Shown here in pieces: positions 1 to 12,072 of a stretch of 38,168 nt of DNA (the first letter of the stretch is position 1; the number at the start of each line of letters is the position of its first letter). The notes below the pieces were generated by a model, which saw only the letters and a list, made by a program, of their open reading frames with translations, made no database searches and had not been told where the DNA came from. Source of the stretch: Mesotaenium endlicherianum (Eukaryota); the NCBI GenBank assembly GCA_009602735.1, contig WELA01003597.1, positions 465,265 to 503,432 on the forward strand, in the 5' to 3' direction. Position numbers and translations under genes: made by a program.

Positions 1-16
1 ATCCTCACAGGCCTCG

Positions 17-1276
17 TGTAATGAATCAGTTCATTATATATTTAATTTATTTCATGTATAAATACAACAATAAATAAGTATTATATCAATATACTCACAG
101 GCGCGAATTCATTTAAATGAATGTATGTCGATGTAATGCGAGTTTACTTACTTTGTCAAAAAGGTCAGCAGGATGACTTTTGTATCACAGTGTAGTTTGC
201 TCACTTTGTTGAGAAGGTCTGCAAGATGACTTTTGTATCATAGTATAATTTGCTGAGATTTATATATCAGTTATATGTAGGATGTAATATCAGCAGGATG
301 ACATATAGTAAGCTCGCTTGATATTAGTCAGTATACTTAGCTTCAGTATGCTGAGGGTAGATATATTCATTTAGATTACTATTTGTAGATTGGCAAATGT
401 AATCGTAGTATACTGAAAGTCGGAAGGTCAACTGAGATTCGATAAACCGATGTCCTACCAGTGTGGTTAACTCCTGGGTAGGCGGAGCCGTGGTCAGTCA
501 ACTGAACAATTAGGACTTCAGTCAACCGACCAATTAATACGATCGTTATACCTAGATCCGTGGGTCCCAACTTAACGGGTTTCCCACGAAACGGCGCACC
601 CTGCGCCGTGGTCAACCAGGTGGTCACTAGGTACATAGCAGGCTGGGATCTCGTGGTCCCTCATTCTGGACAGTCGGCTTTACAGTCGGATTTCTACTTG
701 CAAGTCATGTGTGCACTTTTGGGTTCGTTCTAATGACCAGCCTTCACGGAAATTGACATGGCTGCTTCGTCTGCGCTCCAAATGGAGCGAACTAGGACTT
801 TTTGAAAAGGTCTCGTCAAGATGCATCCATTTTTGTTAAGTTTGCTCAATTTAGAGGAAATATTGGCAGATTTAGGCCCTGTGACATTTCGGGGTCACAC
901 AGCGGATAGATTCCATGGTTTTGCACCTAAGTCATTGGGATGTGTTTTAGCTACATCATGGTCACCTGAATGGGAGCGCCTTTGCTATACAGTCCCCTGT
1001 GTTGTGCATGTGCTATACATGCTTGCATGCCTGGTAGGCAAGAGGCCATGAGTTTCTAAAGGAGAACCTCAAGTCCTCAAGCTTGCCTCTTACTTGTGCC
1101 TCGTGTTAGTGTGCAACTATGGCACATTACGGTAAGTGAGTCAAGGGGTGTAGATGAGTTGATGGAATTCATTATAAGGTCGAAGATCGCTCCTTGACTT
1201 CACACGCTTCCACCTGTCTCTGATCTTATATATTCAAATGAAATATATTAATCTTGAATAAGCAAGATTCATTTCA
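17..1276. mobile_element. Solo LTR, family A, copy 1 (~1.26 kb)
   Basis: Starts TGTAATGAATC and ends GATTCATTTCA (TG...CA, 10/11 terminal inverted repeat). Reverse complement of 24619-25864 along its length. No matching 5-bp TSD (CCTCG vs CTGGC). Confidence 0.8.
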
Positions 1277-1387
1277 CTGGCACGGAAGCATCACTTCCTT
1301 CTTTCATCCTCACAGGCATCGCTTCGCTATAGCTGGCCGTGTGCAGCGCCGATTTAGATCGCCGGACGTTCAAAGCCTGGCAGTTGT

Positions 1388-1598
1388 GTGCACCCCGACG
1401 AAGGGTGCAGAGACGAAGGGTGCAAAGAAAACCTTACTCATTTTTTCCCCCTCAAAAGTGCAGAGAAATTCCAACCTTAGTCGAGTGCACCCCAACGAAG
1501 GGTGCAGAGACGAAGGGTGTTGAGAAAAACCTTACTCAGTTTTTCCCCCTCACAAGTGCAGAGAAAAAAACCTACTCCTTTTTTTTCCCCCTCACAAG
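1388..1598. repeat. Imperfect tandem duplication, 97-bp period, plus a partial third unit
   Basis: GTGCACCCC.ACGAAGGGTGCAGAGACGAAGGGTG...AAAACCTTACTCA.TTTTTCCCCCTCA.AAGTGCAGAGAAA starts at 1388 and again at 1485. Confidence 0.85.
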
Positions 1599-3080
1599 CT
1601 CGCCTCCCTGGCCCGCGAGAAGAGCTCGTGACATCGAGTCAGTCCACACGCGCGTCTTGCATGCATGCATGCAACTCAACGTCCTCGGAGGGCCGGGCCA
1701 GCCCAGCCCAGCCAAAGCGAGGCCCGAGTGTCACGCGACCCCGGCCCTTCCTTCACCCGTTACCCTAATTCATTCGTCTCCCCTCCGAGTCGAAATGCAC
1801 AACCTACTCATGAGTGTCTTTAAATCCGCTTCGCCCAGCTCGATCCTCCCCCATCATGCACCACCATTTTGTTAATTTTTCACCTCCCGAACCCGTTTGC
1901 TTGGACCCCTCCCTCTCTATCTCGCTCCTCTTAATCTAATCTTCAATCCCCGTCCTCGCAATTCAGTGGGTGGGTTGTGTGAGGGACGGCGCCCATGCGC
2001 ATGGTTGCCGCCAGTCAGTCGTGGCCTTGTGGCTGAACTACGAGCACACAGTTTAATCAGCCCTCGCATGTGCGCCCAACATCGCATAAGTACAAAACAA
2101 AATCGAGCTTGATTGATCGGGATCGCGTGCACCCCTATCTGCACACAACAGCATGCTGCAGGATTGGCCGCAAGCTCGACACACCATCTAGGTGGATGTC
2201 AACTGGCATCTTCATCCCAGCCATGGCGCCATCCCATAACGCACCCTCTGGAAGAAGCGGGATTGGGTGAAGCGTGATTGGGTGGAGGAGGTACACCACT
2301 GTTGCGATGTGGTTGTGTGTTATCGCGGACTGCCCGATTCAACTCTTGCTCCCTCGATGTTGTCACAATCACGGACTGAGTGTAGCAACCTAAAAGCAAT
2401 CTAGCACACTACAGCAACCAACAATCTATTTATTGTCTACATTTCTTGTCTCCACCATTCGTCAGGGCTGTCTGTACCAATCTCTCCCTCTCTGTTGTTT
2501 TCTTCCTCTTGTGCCTTTGTTCTATCTAAGAATTTTCCCCGCCTTGCCTTTGATATGTGACATGTTGTTTTAAGCACATCATCTTTGTATTATTGCCCCG
2601 GTGTCTCTCTTCCAGACTTCAGCTTTGCTTCACATTGTGGCGTTTTTGTGTCTCTGGCCGTTACATCCTCCTGCACGTCGGAATCAAAATCTTAATCTCT
2701 TCTAGGTTCTTACAAAACAAGGTGTAATAAAGTATTCTGCATCTTTCTCTGTGTCCTTGAACTTCTTGTATCTCAAGAGAAGCATAGACCCCCCAGCTTG
2801 TTAGGCTCGCATTTAGATACAATAGTTGAATAAGTTCAACCTGCTGAACTTCAGTTAATATTTAGTTTGCTGGATTTAAGCCTGCTGGATACTTAATACT
2901 TAGTTAAATGACTCAACCAAGAGCAGCAGGCTTAAGTCCCTTAGGTCAGCCTGTTAATGCGTGTCAGCTTGCTGACACATTCTTTGACAGTCAGCTGGCT
3001 GCCGTACTCGGCAGCAGCGAACTGCCTAGCTATGCATCTAAGTGTGGTGTGCTAGATGAGTGGCTAGATGACACCCTTAT

Positions 3081-5336
3081 TGTAACGATCTAAGCTTTTG
3101 GACGTATTTGGGACGTTTTCCCGATCACCTAAAATACGTTATACTAATTATCATACATTTTTTGATAAATGATTGCATCACATTGAAATATTCACACGCA
3201 TGTGCCGATTAATTCCCGGTCGATTGGCGAAACGACCGAGATACTATTACAAAAAGCGTCGTAACGTAATTCGACTACTTCGCAATAGTACAACATAATT
3301 ATTCGGAAAAGTTACTTTGATTAATTATGAGATGATAACTTAATTAATCATTGTTATTTTGATTGTCATTATTTCGGATAATGCACAATCACAGATTTCG
3401 GATTTACGACCAATCGTTAATACGAACAAACAGTCGTTAAAGTCAAACGACACATAATATGCAGAGCGACTTTGCATCCGAGCGGATTCGAACCCACGAG
3501 TTGTTGGACTAGTGGCTGCTGAGAAGACGAAGCACCATGCTAAGGATGAGAGGAGGCACCTGGTGGCTGCTCTACAGCTGCTGGAGGAGGAGCTGCTGGC
3601 CCAGGGTACTCAGAGGACCCTATGGGCAAGGGAATCAATTCTGGTTCTAGTGCTAAGAACTGAGGCATCACTCTGAGATCGATTTGGACCAAAACGACAA
3701 AAAACGCCCCAGGTGTCGATCTCCGGCCATCTTTGACTGGATAATTTCAATGGTAAGCCAGGATAAGTGGAGAAAATGTTCGCTCCACGGCAGCAAAAGA
3801 CGCTATTTTTTGGTATTTCTATGCTAAATGCCAAAGAAATTGCATGGAAATGATCTCCGCCTGATCTCCACATCTAACGCGTAGACATTTGCATCGCCTC
3901 GAAGATGTTCACCACCATGCAATTTTGGACTAAGTATGGGCACCGTCTTCTGATTGGTCGTTGTTTAGTTCGAATGTGGCGATAACGTTATCATGGACGA
4001 GTTGGTCACAAAAGTCCAAAAGCAAAATTGCGAACACAAACTCAACTTTAGTTCATTTTTGGAAGCTACCGGGTGGCAGGGTGGCCTGACGGGGTGGCCT
4101 TACAGGCCCGCTTCTTGTTTCCCAGTTGCTTTGTCAATAGGCGACGGGCCAAAGTTGCCAACTGGAGAGGGTGGCCGCAGAGGCCCGCTCCCCGTTGCCC
4201 GATTAATTTGTGAGCCGGCGACGCGCCAAAGTCGCCGTGTGGCGGGAGGACCTCTGACCAGCAGCCTAGTCCCTTCTGTTAGCGGAGGGGGTCTTGCCTC
4301 CCGTACACGTGTGTGATTGGTCGAGGCCCGTGGGTCGTAATCCCGCGGCTTATTTGTCAGACAAAAAGTCACCTTGACGTAAATTCGCGTCTGAAATTAA
4401 AGTTATTATTCATTGCATCGGCCTGGCAGCTTTGCCCTGGCCAATAAGGTCGCTTGCTGCTGGCGCATTGGCGTGAGCGGTGGCGGGGTTGGCCAAATTG
4501 TGTCGAGGTTTTTTGGCCCAAATCGGGTAGAGGAGGTGGCCCTCATAGGGCCGTCTCCCCCATTCGACCAATCACATTGCGCTAATTACACCAGAAAGAA
4601 GTGTCGTAGCAAACTCTCTTCCTCAACGACTACCGCAAAAACACTACAGAAACTTTCTATCAGCAGCGCCTCAGGCAATTGCTAAGCTAAGGGCAAAGTC
4701 CCTCATGGCTTAGACCCTTTGGAGTTATTGTTTCGAGCCTTCGGAGTTTGAGCCTGACGGAGATTCAAATCTCCGTGGGGGTTGGGCCCTCGAGGTTCCG
4801 GCCTCCTCGGTAAAACCCAACAAGTGGTCATGATCCGCTTTTGTAACATGCTGTGTTTCTTGCTGCTCACGTGGCGGGAAGTCCACTTACCCATCGTGTC
4901 GGTGGCCGCATCTTGACGCCGTCGGAGCAGCCAATCAAATAAAGCCCAATTTGGATTCTTATTGTCAGGTTGCCGACAAGTGAAAACGATTTTTATGTTA
5001 ATAGTCAATAGGTTTCCGCTTTCGAAAACGGTCGGCAGACGACTTACTTTGAAACTTAACGGTCAAACAAGTGTGTTCTGATTGGTTACATCGTTTCTTT
5101 GATTGCATTTCAGAGTTTGCACTGATTGGCCCTTCAATGTCGTAGATGCATGTAATTTTTGAATACTATGCTCCGATTGGTCCTTCAATGCCGTAGATGC
5201 ATGTAACGTCTTCGCTTACAATCTGCAAGCGGGGGAGTCCATTGAAGGCAATAAGCAAGCCAAACGCGAAAAAATGGTAATTCTCCGCTATTCTCCGGTC
5301 GTGACGTTTTGCCGTTTCCCCATTTGACCGGTCTCA
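3081..5336. mobile_element. Candidate large LTR-like insertion that truncates the copia element
   Basis: Non-coding block starting TGTAACG and ending GTCTCA, about where the copia integrase-downstream sequence stops. Internal ~32-bp direct repeat at ~5124 and ~5175. No TSD (CTTAT vs TAGTG) and no second copy in the window. Confidence 0.3.
3474..3549 (-). other. Degenerate tRNA-like / Pol III promoter relic
   Basis: Minus strand has a perfect B box GGTTCGAATCC (3484-3494), an A-box-like TAGCATGG, and CATCC/GGATG acceptor-like ends spanning ~76 nt. The anticodon arm does not fold convincingly. Confidence 0.35.
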
Positions 5337-7729
5337 TAGTGATGGCAGCTGAAGAGAACAAAGGGGATTTCTCATCTATGAAGGTAACATCTATACTGTG
5401 GAGGACCTGCTTATTGAGTGGATTGAATAGCTTGTGGCCGTTTTGGTTTTCACTAGAGCCAATAAAATGGATGGATAGCTGACAGGAGCAAGTTTGCTGG
5501 AACGAAGCTTCTTGGAAAGGAGAGCATAGCACTTACTGCCAAATACTCTAAGGTGAGTAATGATAAGCTTTTTCCTTGTCCAGGACTCATAAGGTCTCTT
5601 GCCCTTGATTGCATGGCATGGCTGTCTAAATTTAGGTAGGTAATTGTTGCTATTACTTCTTGGGAGTTGCTTGTGGAGTAGCAGAGCTCTGGTCATCTTC
5701 AACAGGGTCTTGTTCTTTCTCTCAACTTTGCCATTCTACTCTGGTGTGTATGTCATAGTCCATTCTTGATGGAAACCTGCCGCTGCACACAACTGTTGGA
5801 AAGCATTTGATTTGTACTCACTACCATTATCATTGCGCAACCGCTTGATTTTTCTAGACAACTGAATTTCCACAAGAGCTTTGTACTGCTAAAACTTTTG
5901 ATAGCCCTGGCTTTTGTTCTGCATGAAGTTTGTGTATATGTAATCTGTAGCATCATCAATGAAGGTCACAAAATAGTCAACTCCAGCTAAAGAGAGAGTG
6001 GAAATTGGCCTGCAGATGTCTGAGTGAACCAGCTCCAAAGGAACAGATCCTCTAGTGGAGACATGGCTTGCTGGGAAGGGAGCTCAAGTCTGTTTGGCTT
6101 GCACCCAGACCTCACATGAGTATGAAGACGCAGCCGGTAAGATCTGAACCTCCTCCACCATGAGTTCTTTGACTAGAGTAGAAAATTGAGTTTGAGAGAT
6201 GTGGCTAAGCCTAAAATGCCAAGGTATTTGCTGAAACATGGTGGGCTTGATGACTGTCAGCTGGGATGCTACTTGCTATCATGGCCCGTCTTATGACACT
6301 ATTGGTTGGGTAATTTTGTCTGCAATTTTGAGTTTAAAGAGATTTCCTGCTGGAATGCCTTCTCATATGAGCTTCAACTAGGGATTGAGTATATAGATGG
6401 AGTCAAGAAAGAATTGGGGTGACCAGCCTTGTTTGTCGGCGTGCTTTACACTAAAAGGATTCTTTGCTAGCTTAGGCAAACAAAGTACTTTCTGAAGCTT
6501 AGACTTAATGGGTTTGACATCAGCAACAAGAGTGATCTGAATGCTGCCTACTCCTGTGGCTTTGAGGATTGAATTGCCCCCTATAAAAATGTCTACAGGT
6601 TTTTTGAAAGGCTCAAATGTGCTGAACCAATCTCTGTGAATGGACATGTGGCAGGATGCTCTAGAGTTGATGAGCTAAGCTCTATCATCTGAGACTGTAG
6701 CGGAGAGAGTTGGGCTACCAGGAATTCTTCTCGACTGTCATCAGAGTCTCCTTCATCATCTTCTTCAGCAAAGTTGGCCTGATAGGTTCTCTTCTTCCTC
6801 CCCTTACCATAGTCTCTTGGTGCATGTCTGCTGGTGTATGAGCCTTCTCTCTTGCAGGACTCAAGCTCTCCTCTTCTCTGGCTGGAGCCACCTTGTCTGC
6901 TGGAGTCAAAGTCTCCTCTTCTCTTTTGCTCCTGTGGTCTCCCCTCCTGCTGAAGCTCTTCTTGCTCTTGTCTAGGGAGGGAGGATACCAACACTCCAAA
7001 GTGTGGCCTCTCTTGTCACAGTAGTTGCGGTACTTTGTCTGGTCCAGCTGTCGATGAGGTCTTCCTTGCCTCTGTGATGTTTCTCCAGCATTAGATACAA
7101 GGGCATAGGATGCATCCCTGGCTGCCACAACCTTTCTTTCTCTTGCAGAAGTGCACTCTGGACATGCTTCAAGGTCAGATCTGCTTTCTTCATCTAATTG
7201 AAGGTCACATGGAGTGTAATTATGTACTGTATTAAGATGGAAGTCCTCTCCACAGGTAGATAAACATCTTTTGTCCTTGACTGGCTCCTGGAGGGTGACT
7301 AGCTTTTGGGCGAGCTGATTTGCTCTAACCTGATATGCTGTCATAGACTTTGTTGGCTCCTTTTTGATAAACATTAGTTGCTCTATGACTAGCAGATGCT
7401 CTTGAAATCTTTTATGATCATGTAGAGTGTGGAGCATGTCCCACACAGCTTTGCTTGTGGTGTAATTTATGGGAAATTTGATTGTCTTTGAGTGCAAGCA
7501 CTAGAATTACTTTTGCCTCCTCATCTTTTTCTTCCTACATCCCTAGGGCCTGGCCAATAGCTGCAGGCTTCTCTTCAGCTCCACTAACTACTTTCCATAG
7601 CTAGTTTGTGTTCAGGACAAGCTCCATTTTGTGCTTCCACAAGGGGAATCCATCAGTGTCAGCCATTTTTCAACCTGCTCAAAGAGATGCTTGGTGACCC
7701 GAGGAGATCCGCCACCGGCTCCGATACCA
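5337..7729 (-). mobile_element. Decayed Ty1/copia retrotransposon: gag, protease and integrase; RT, RNase H and 3' LTR missing
   Basis: Fragments across frames in copia order: gag (FPLWKHKMELVL...LWKVVSG; TSKAVWDML), degenerate zinc knuckle (NYCDKRGHTLECW), protease (ASCHMSIHRDWFSTFEP...GGNSILKATGVGSI), pre-integrase (WHFRLSH), integrase (LELVHSDIC...YFVTFIDD...RLRNDNGSEY), then PYESWT...HLRVFGSKCY. Many stops and frameshifts. Confidence 0.92.
7717..7729 (-). promoter_or_regulatory. Primer-binding site (tRNA-iMet type) of the copia element
   Basis: Minus strand TGGTATCGGAGCC, one mismatch from the canonical plant TGGTATCAGAGCC. It lies 3 nt after a CA (putative LTR end at 7733) and just upstream of gag. 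Confidence 0.7.
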
Positions 7730-8379
7730 TTTTGTACTGGGTCAGCCATTGCTGAAGTCTGAAGGACTCAGTTAAGGTCTACTTTAAAATTGTAGTCAAA
7801 CATAGTAGCTTTTTTTGAAACATATTTTTCCCTCTCCCTCTCCACCCTCTCCACTCCCCCCCCCCCTTGACCCCCCATTTCTTGAGCTTTTCTTGCAACC
7901 ACAGATTTGAGAACCTATACATTTGAAAGCTTCCACCCCCCGCCTCCTTCCGTCCCTCTCTTTGCCTCCCGTCCCCGCTCTCGTGTAGCTTCTCCCTTGC
8001 ATGCGTGCAAATCGACAGGAAGCTGCTGATGGATGTCATGGGCTTTGTGTTTGTGGTCGAGCGTGTCCTCCCTCTCAAGAAGCGTATCACTATTCCTTTT
8101 TCTGGCAAGCCCTTGGGCCCTAAGCGTCGCATTGCCGCTAGATGGAGGCCATGATGTGACAAGAGCACCAAATTCTACGCGCGCGCACGGCGGCCAACTC
8201 TTTGTCTACCCAGGGCGGCTAATTTGCATTTAAGGTGCCACTCGACGGCACCAATGCTTCCTCTTCCTGAGTAAGTAGGCCTGATTAGTTAGCCAAAGAG
8301 CATCAATCCCGCCATCCACTCATTGCACGCCTGCCGGGGACCCCCTCCGTATGCTTGTCTTTGCTTTTCGACCTGCCTT

Positions 8380-8600
8380 GGGTGCCTCTTTGCATGCCTG
8401 CCTACCTGCCTGCCTTCCTGTTTGCTTGTCCGACCACCAGCCAACCCGTTTGCATGCCTCTCTCCGCCTGTTTGCCTGCGAGCCTGCTTGCCTGCTTGCT
8501 GCCTTCCCCCTTCCTTGCTTGCTTGCTTGCATGCCGGCCTGCCCCCGATTACTTGCCCGCCCTCCCACCCGTTCATCTGCCCTTTTGACTGGCTGCCTGT
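8380..8600. repeat. Degenerate (CCTG/CTTG)n tetranucleotide-rich region
   Basis: Recurrent GCCT/GCTT units such as GCCTGCTTGCCTGCTTGCT and TTGCTTGCTTGCTTGC. Confidence 0.8.
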
Positions 8601-10318
8601 CTCGAGATTTTAAGCTTGGAGGGCCACCTGCACTTATGTGTGTGCAAGGGGGGTGGGGGATGGGAGAGCTCGACAAGTGATTGGACCACAAGTCGAGGGC
8701 TGAGTCGCCTTCATTGCTACTTCCACACCGGGTGGATGTACCGCGTACGTGCATGTGCCAGGCCAGGAGCAGTCGAACCTGCTGTTCACGATAGTCATCA
8801 GTCACATGGTATTGGCTGCAAGTCCTAGCACGCCGCCCGGAAGGCTAAGCCAGCAGCTGTTTGAGAGACATGAGAGGATAGAAGTTAGGGACGAGGGGAG
8901 CCAACTGTAAGTGGCATGCAAGGGTGTAACCAGGAGCGACATGCAGCGGCCACATGCAGTGTAGCAANAGAAGGTCGCAGACAGACGCGCGCGCGGCCCC
9001 GTCTGCATTGCTGCCGCATTGAAAACGTCGCAAGATGGCTGTTTGTCGCGGCGCAAGCATGAGATTCATGTTGCGCAGGATGAGCGCACGGCATCAGTGC
9101 GGATGTGCAAGGTTCTCTTTGTTTTGGTGGTGGGCTTCAGCCGTCTGAAACAACTCCTCCCCTCGCTTGGGTTGGAGGACCACTTTCGCAGCCACTTTCC
9201 GAGTGGCAAAGGTCTTTGTGTGCGTAGGCAACGACGCGGCGGGAAGCCCGCGCCTAGCACACAGATGATTGGCATACGTGCCCCTCTAAGTGTAGGTCAA
9301 AGAAACCTTCGGGGGTGGCGCCCAGCCCCTCATTGCCGCCCGTGGTGTTCTTTGCCCGCTAGTGACTGGTTGCAAGGTCTTCGTTACTCCTTGGAGGCGC
9401 TGCACGTGTTTTTGACTGCGCTCATTGTTTTCCTCACTCGTCACTTTTGCTGACAAGGAAAATGAGCGCGGTCAATAATACGGGGAGTATCTCCATGAAG
9501 CGTACGAAGCGACCCCAAGCAGTCATAAGTGGGTAAAAATACACCACCTAGACTTATTTTATGGAACTTTCGTTGCAAACTTTTGAGCCCCTTTTTGACA
9601 ATGAGTGTTACTTCATACAGTAGTATCCATCCACTTCCATTTTTGTTGAAGTGATCATGTTTCGTACTTAATTAGGCAAAAAAGATTTCAAACTTTTTAC
9701 TTGTCGCACAACAAGATCTTAAAGGCACTGCACCAATTTTGTATTCCATATGTATTTTCTATGATTTTTTTCTGTAGTACATTAAATGCATATTCTTTAG
9801 TACATTAAATGCATAATTGCTAGGACACGGTTCTTATGCAATATATATTAAGAATTGAAACTTCGAGTGTCGACATGTTCAACAAATTGATCACTCACGG
9901 CATCTCATGCACACTACTAATCTTCTTTGTATGAATCAGATATTACTCAGCCCATTACTGATTTTCTACTTGAGACATTTGAAGGTCTGGTATAAGGTCG
10001 TTGATAAAGTCTATGGCACGAATTGAGTTGTTCATTTCTTTTGAATTGAGCTAGGTTGATCAAAATATAAGTTGGGCATGCTTATTGTGCATAGTCATTC
10101 ACAACGGGCACCTTTTTTGCCACAAGTATTTAAATATATGACATCAAATGGTGGGAGGAACACTAGTGGCTACGCAATGTCTACTTTGAATAATTGACAT
10201 TGTAGCATCAAGTCAAGATTTGTAGAAAAGAAGGTAGCCCGACAACAACATTTGTTTAACACAGAGTAAACATTTACCACGGAGAAAAAGCTTGAGCTTT
10301 AGATTGGCCCAAGCTCCA

Positions 10319-11317
10319 TCACAGGTTATTTTCTGGATCCCCGTCATCATCCTTGGGGGTTGAAGGATTCCTAGTCGATCTGGTCCGAAATAACCTAAAT
10401 ATGTCGGTACCTGACGCATACACGTGCCCGTGGTCGGGAGGAATCACGTTGTAGATGACCGCCTGAGCCACGCACGCAAGGAACGGCCCAACCCAAAAGA
10501 CCCAATTGTCGTCCCACAAGTCGCCCCCGTGCACAACCGCAGGTCCGAAACACCGCGCGGGGTTCATGCCGGCTCCCACGTATCCCGGGCCCATCAAGAG
10601 CCCGGAGATGAATATCAATAATCCTAAAACGCCCCCGATCATGACGGGCGCCACGATGGGCCCAAAAACCTGCTGCTGCTTGGGATTGAGCGCAATCCCA
10701 AACGCGAGGAAAAGGTTCACCAGTGTGAACGCAAACTCCGAGAGCAGGCCGGCCGAGGCAGAGAGGCCGGTGGTGGTGAGTGTCGTCGCCGTCGTCGTCG
10801 TCGTCGTTGTCGCACCTGCAGAAGCAGCCGTGGTGGCGGTGGGGAGGGTTTGTCGCAGCAGGCAGCCCGCCAACTGGTACTTGTCGGCCTTCTGCGCCGA
10901 GATGATGCCATTGACAGTGGCGGCGCCAGCTGTCGCCCCGAGGCTCTGGGCGAGTATGTACAGGACCCCCCGCGGTAGGGAGGTCAGCCCGGTCAGCATG
11001 GTAGCCAGCGTGATGGACGGGTTCAGGTGCCCTCCCGAGGCGGGGGCGGAGGCCAGGATGAAGAAGGCGAGGATCGCCACGTGGAGCAGCCCGATGGCCT
11101 GGCTCGGGCGTGCGAAGCCGCCCTCCAAGCATGCGATGGTGCCAGTCACCGAAGTGAACACGAGCCCCCCCGTGGCAACGGCCTCGATTGCAGCAGCTCT
11201 CCAGATCTGCACCCCAGCGAGCGGCACCAAAGGTGAGGGGCAGGCGGAGGCGGAAGCCTGCTCAGATGCTGAGAAGGTTTCTAACTCTTTAGAATGGCGA
11301 TCCGCGAGGCGCGGCAA
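10319..11317 (-). CDS. XIP: Major intrinsic protein (aquaporin), X intrinsic protein subfamily; probably the last exon, true 5' end unresolved
   Basis: Six hydrophobic segments, GGHLNPS (variant first NPA), GAGMNPARCFGPA (XIP NPARC signature), loop C LAGC, N-terminal IWRAAAIE and WVFWVGP. The ORF has only a TTG start and an in-frame upstream stop at ~11360. A CAG acceptor directly before IWRA (exon start 11206) suggests an upstream exon. Confidence 0.92.
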   Translation of the reverse strand: MPRLADRHSKELETFSASEQASASACPSPLVPLAGVQIWRAAAIEAVATGGLVFTSVTGTIACLEGGFARPSQAIGLLHVAILAFFILASAPASGGHLNPSITLATMLTGLTSLPRGVLYILAQSLGATAGAATVNGIISAQKADKYQLAGCLLRQTLPTATTAASAGATTTTTTTATTLTTTGLSASAGLLSEFAFTLVNLFLAFGIALNPKQQQVFGPIVAPVMIGGVLGLLIFISGLLMGPGYVGAGMNPARCFGPAVVHGGDLWDDNWVFWVGPFLACVAQAVIYNVIPPDHGHVYASGTDIFRLFRTRSTRNPSTPKDDDGDPENNL

Positions 11318-12021
11318 GGGGCGGCGGGGGGATAGGGCTTGGGAGACAGCTTCTGGAGTCTAGGTTTGGGGATTGGACCTGAGGCTGAGGCGCTTTCGGC
11401 TTGGAGACGCATACTACTGGAGAGTGGGATGGATCCCTGGGGAGGGCGTGGCAACCTGGGGTTTGAGGGCGGGTGGGAAGGAGGGCCCAGATGCTGAATG
11501 CATGAGGAGTGCGTCAGAACTTGGCAAATAGCAACAATAGGGAGTGCGGTTCTGGAGCAGAGGGGAGACTGGCCATCAGTCAGTGAAAGATTGGCAAGAG
11601 ATGGGGGTTTCAGGGGAGCTTCTGGAGACGGAGTGAGCTTGGGGAGTGATATCATGAAAGGGGAATTGAGGGTGGGTGTGGAAAGAGGCCGGGTGTCCTT
11701 GTCACAACCAAGATAAAAGGACGAAAGTAGTCTTGGTGACCGTATGAACGGTCTGTCCGACAGAAGTAAGAAGTTACTCGGGTGGCGTTTGGCACCTTGG
11801 GAGGCAAGGGCAGAGCCTGACACTCTGATGAGGAGGAACCAGCAATGCGATAAATGAGAAGGAAGCAGTAACACGTGGAATATAAAAACTTCCCCAAGAG
11901 CAAGACTGCCGAGAGGCATGCATCAAGTGTGCGCACACAAGTGACATGAATCCTCGCTATTTTGCAGATACATGAACGTCGTCTTCAGATTATGCAAGTG
12001 TATATGTGCACGCGAGCAGGC

Positions 12022-12024
<3 letters not shown>

Positions 12025-12068
<44 letters not shown>

Positions 12069-12072
12069 TGTG
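12025..12072. repeat. (TG)n microsatellite
   Basis: About 20 perfect TG units, then one interruption. Confidence 0.97.

Noticed and set aside
379..636. 85-aa ORF with a near-identical partner at 25246-25503
   Set aside because: Both lie inside the family A LTR copies. The similarity reflects DNA identity and no domain is recognisable.
1388..1598. Possible CRISPR-like repeat array
   Set aside because: Two and a half contiguous imperfect units with no unique spacers, in a eukaryotic context with no cas genes.
7666..7749. Copia gag ATG upstream of the PBS (yeast Ty1-like layout)
   Set aside because: An alternative ATG downstream of the PBS (MADTDGFPLWK) is already in the gag frame, so the upstream start is not needed.
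7775..8282. Possible Tourist/PIF-type MITE (AGGTCTACTT...AAGTAGGCCT)
   Set aside because: Only a 9/10 inverted match and an imperfect TSD (TAA vs TGA); could be chance.
8289..8805. Several overlapping ORFs
   Set aside because: Artefacts of the CCTG/CTTG low-complexity repeat.
10506..11363. 285-aa ORF antisense to the aquaporin
   Set aside because: Shadow frame of a GC-rich gene, with no independent motifs.
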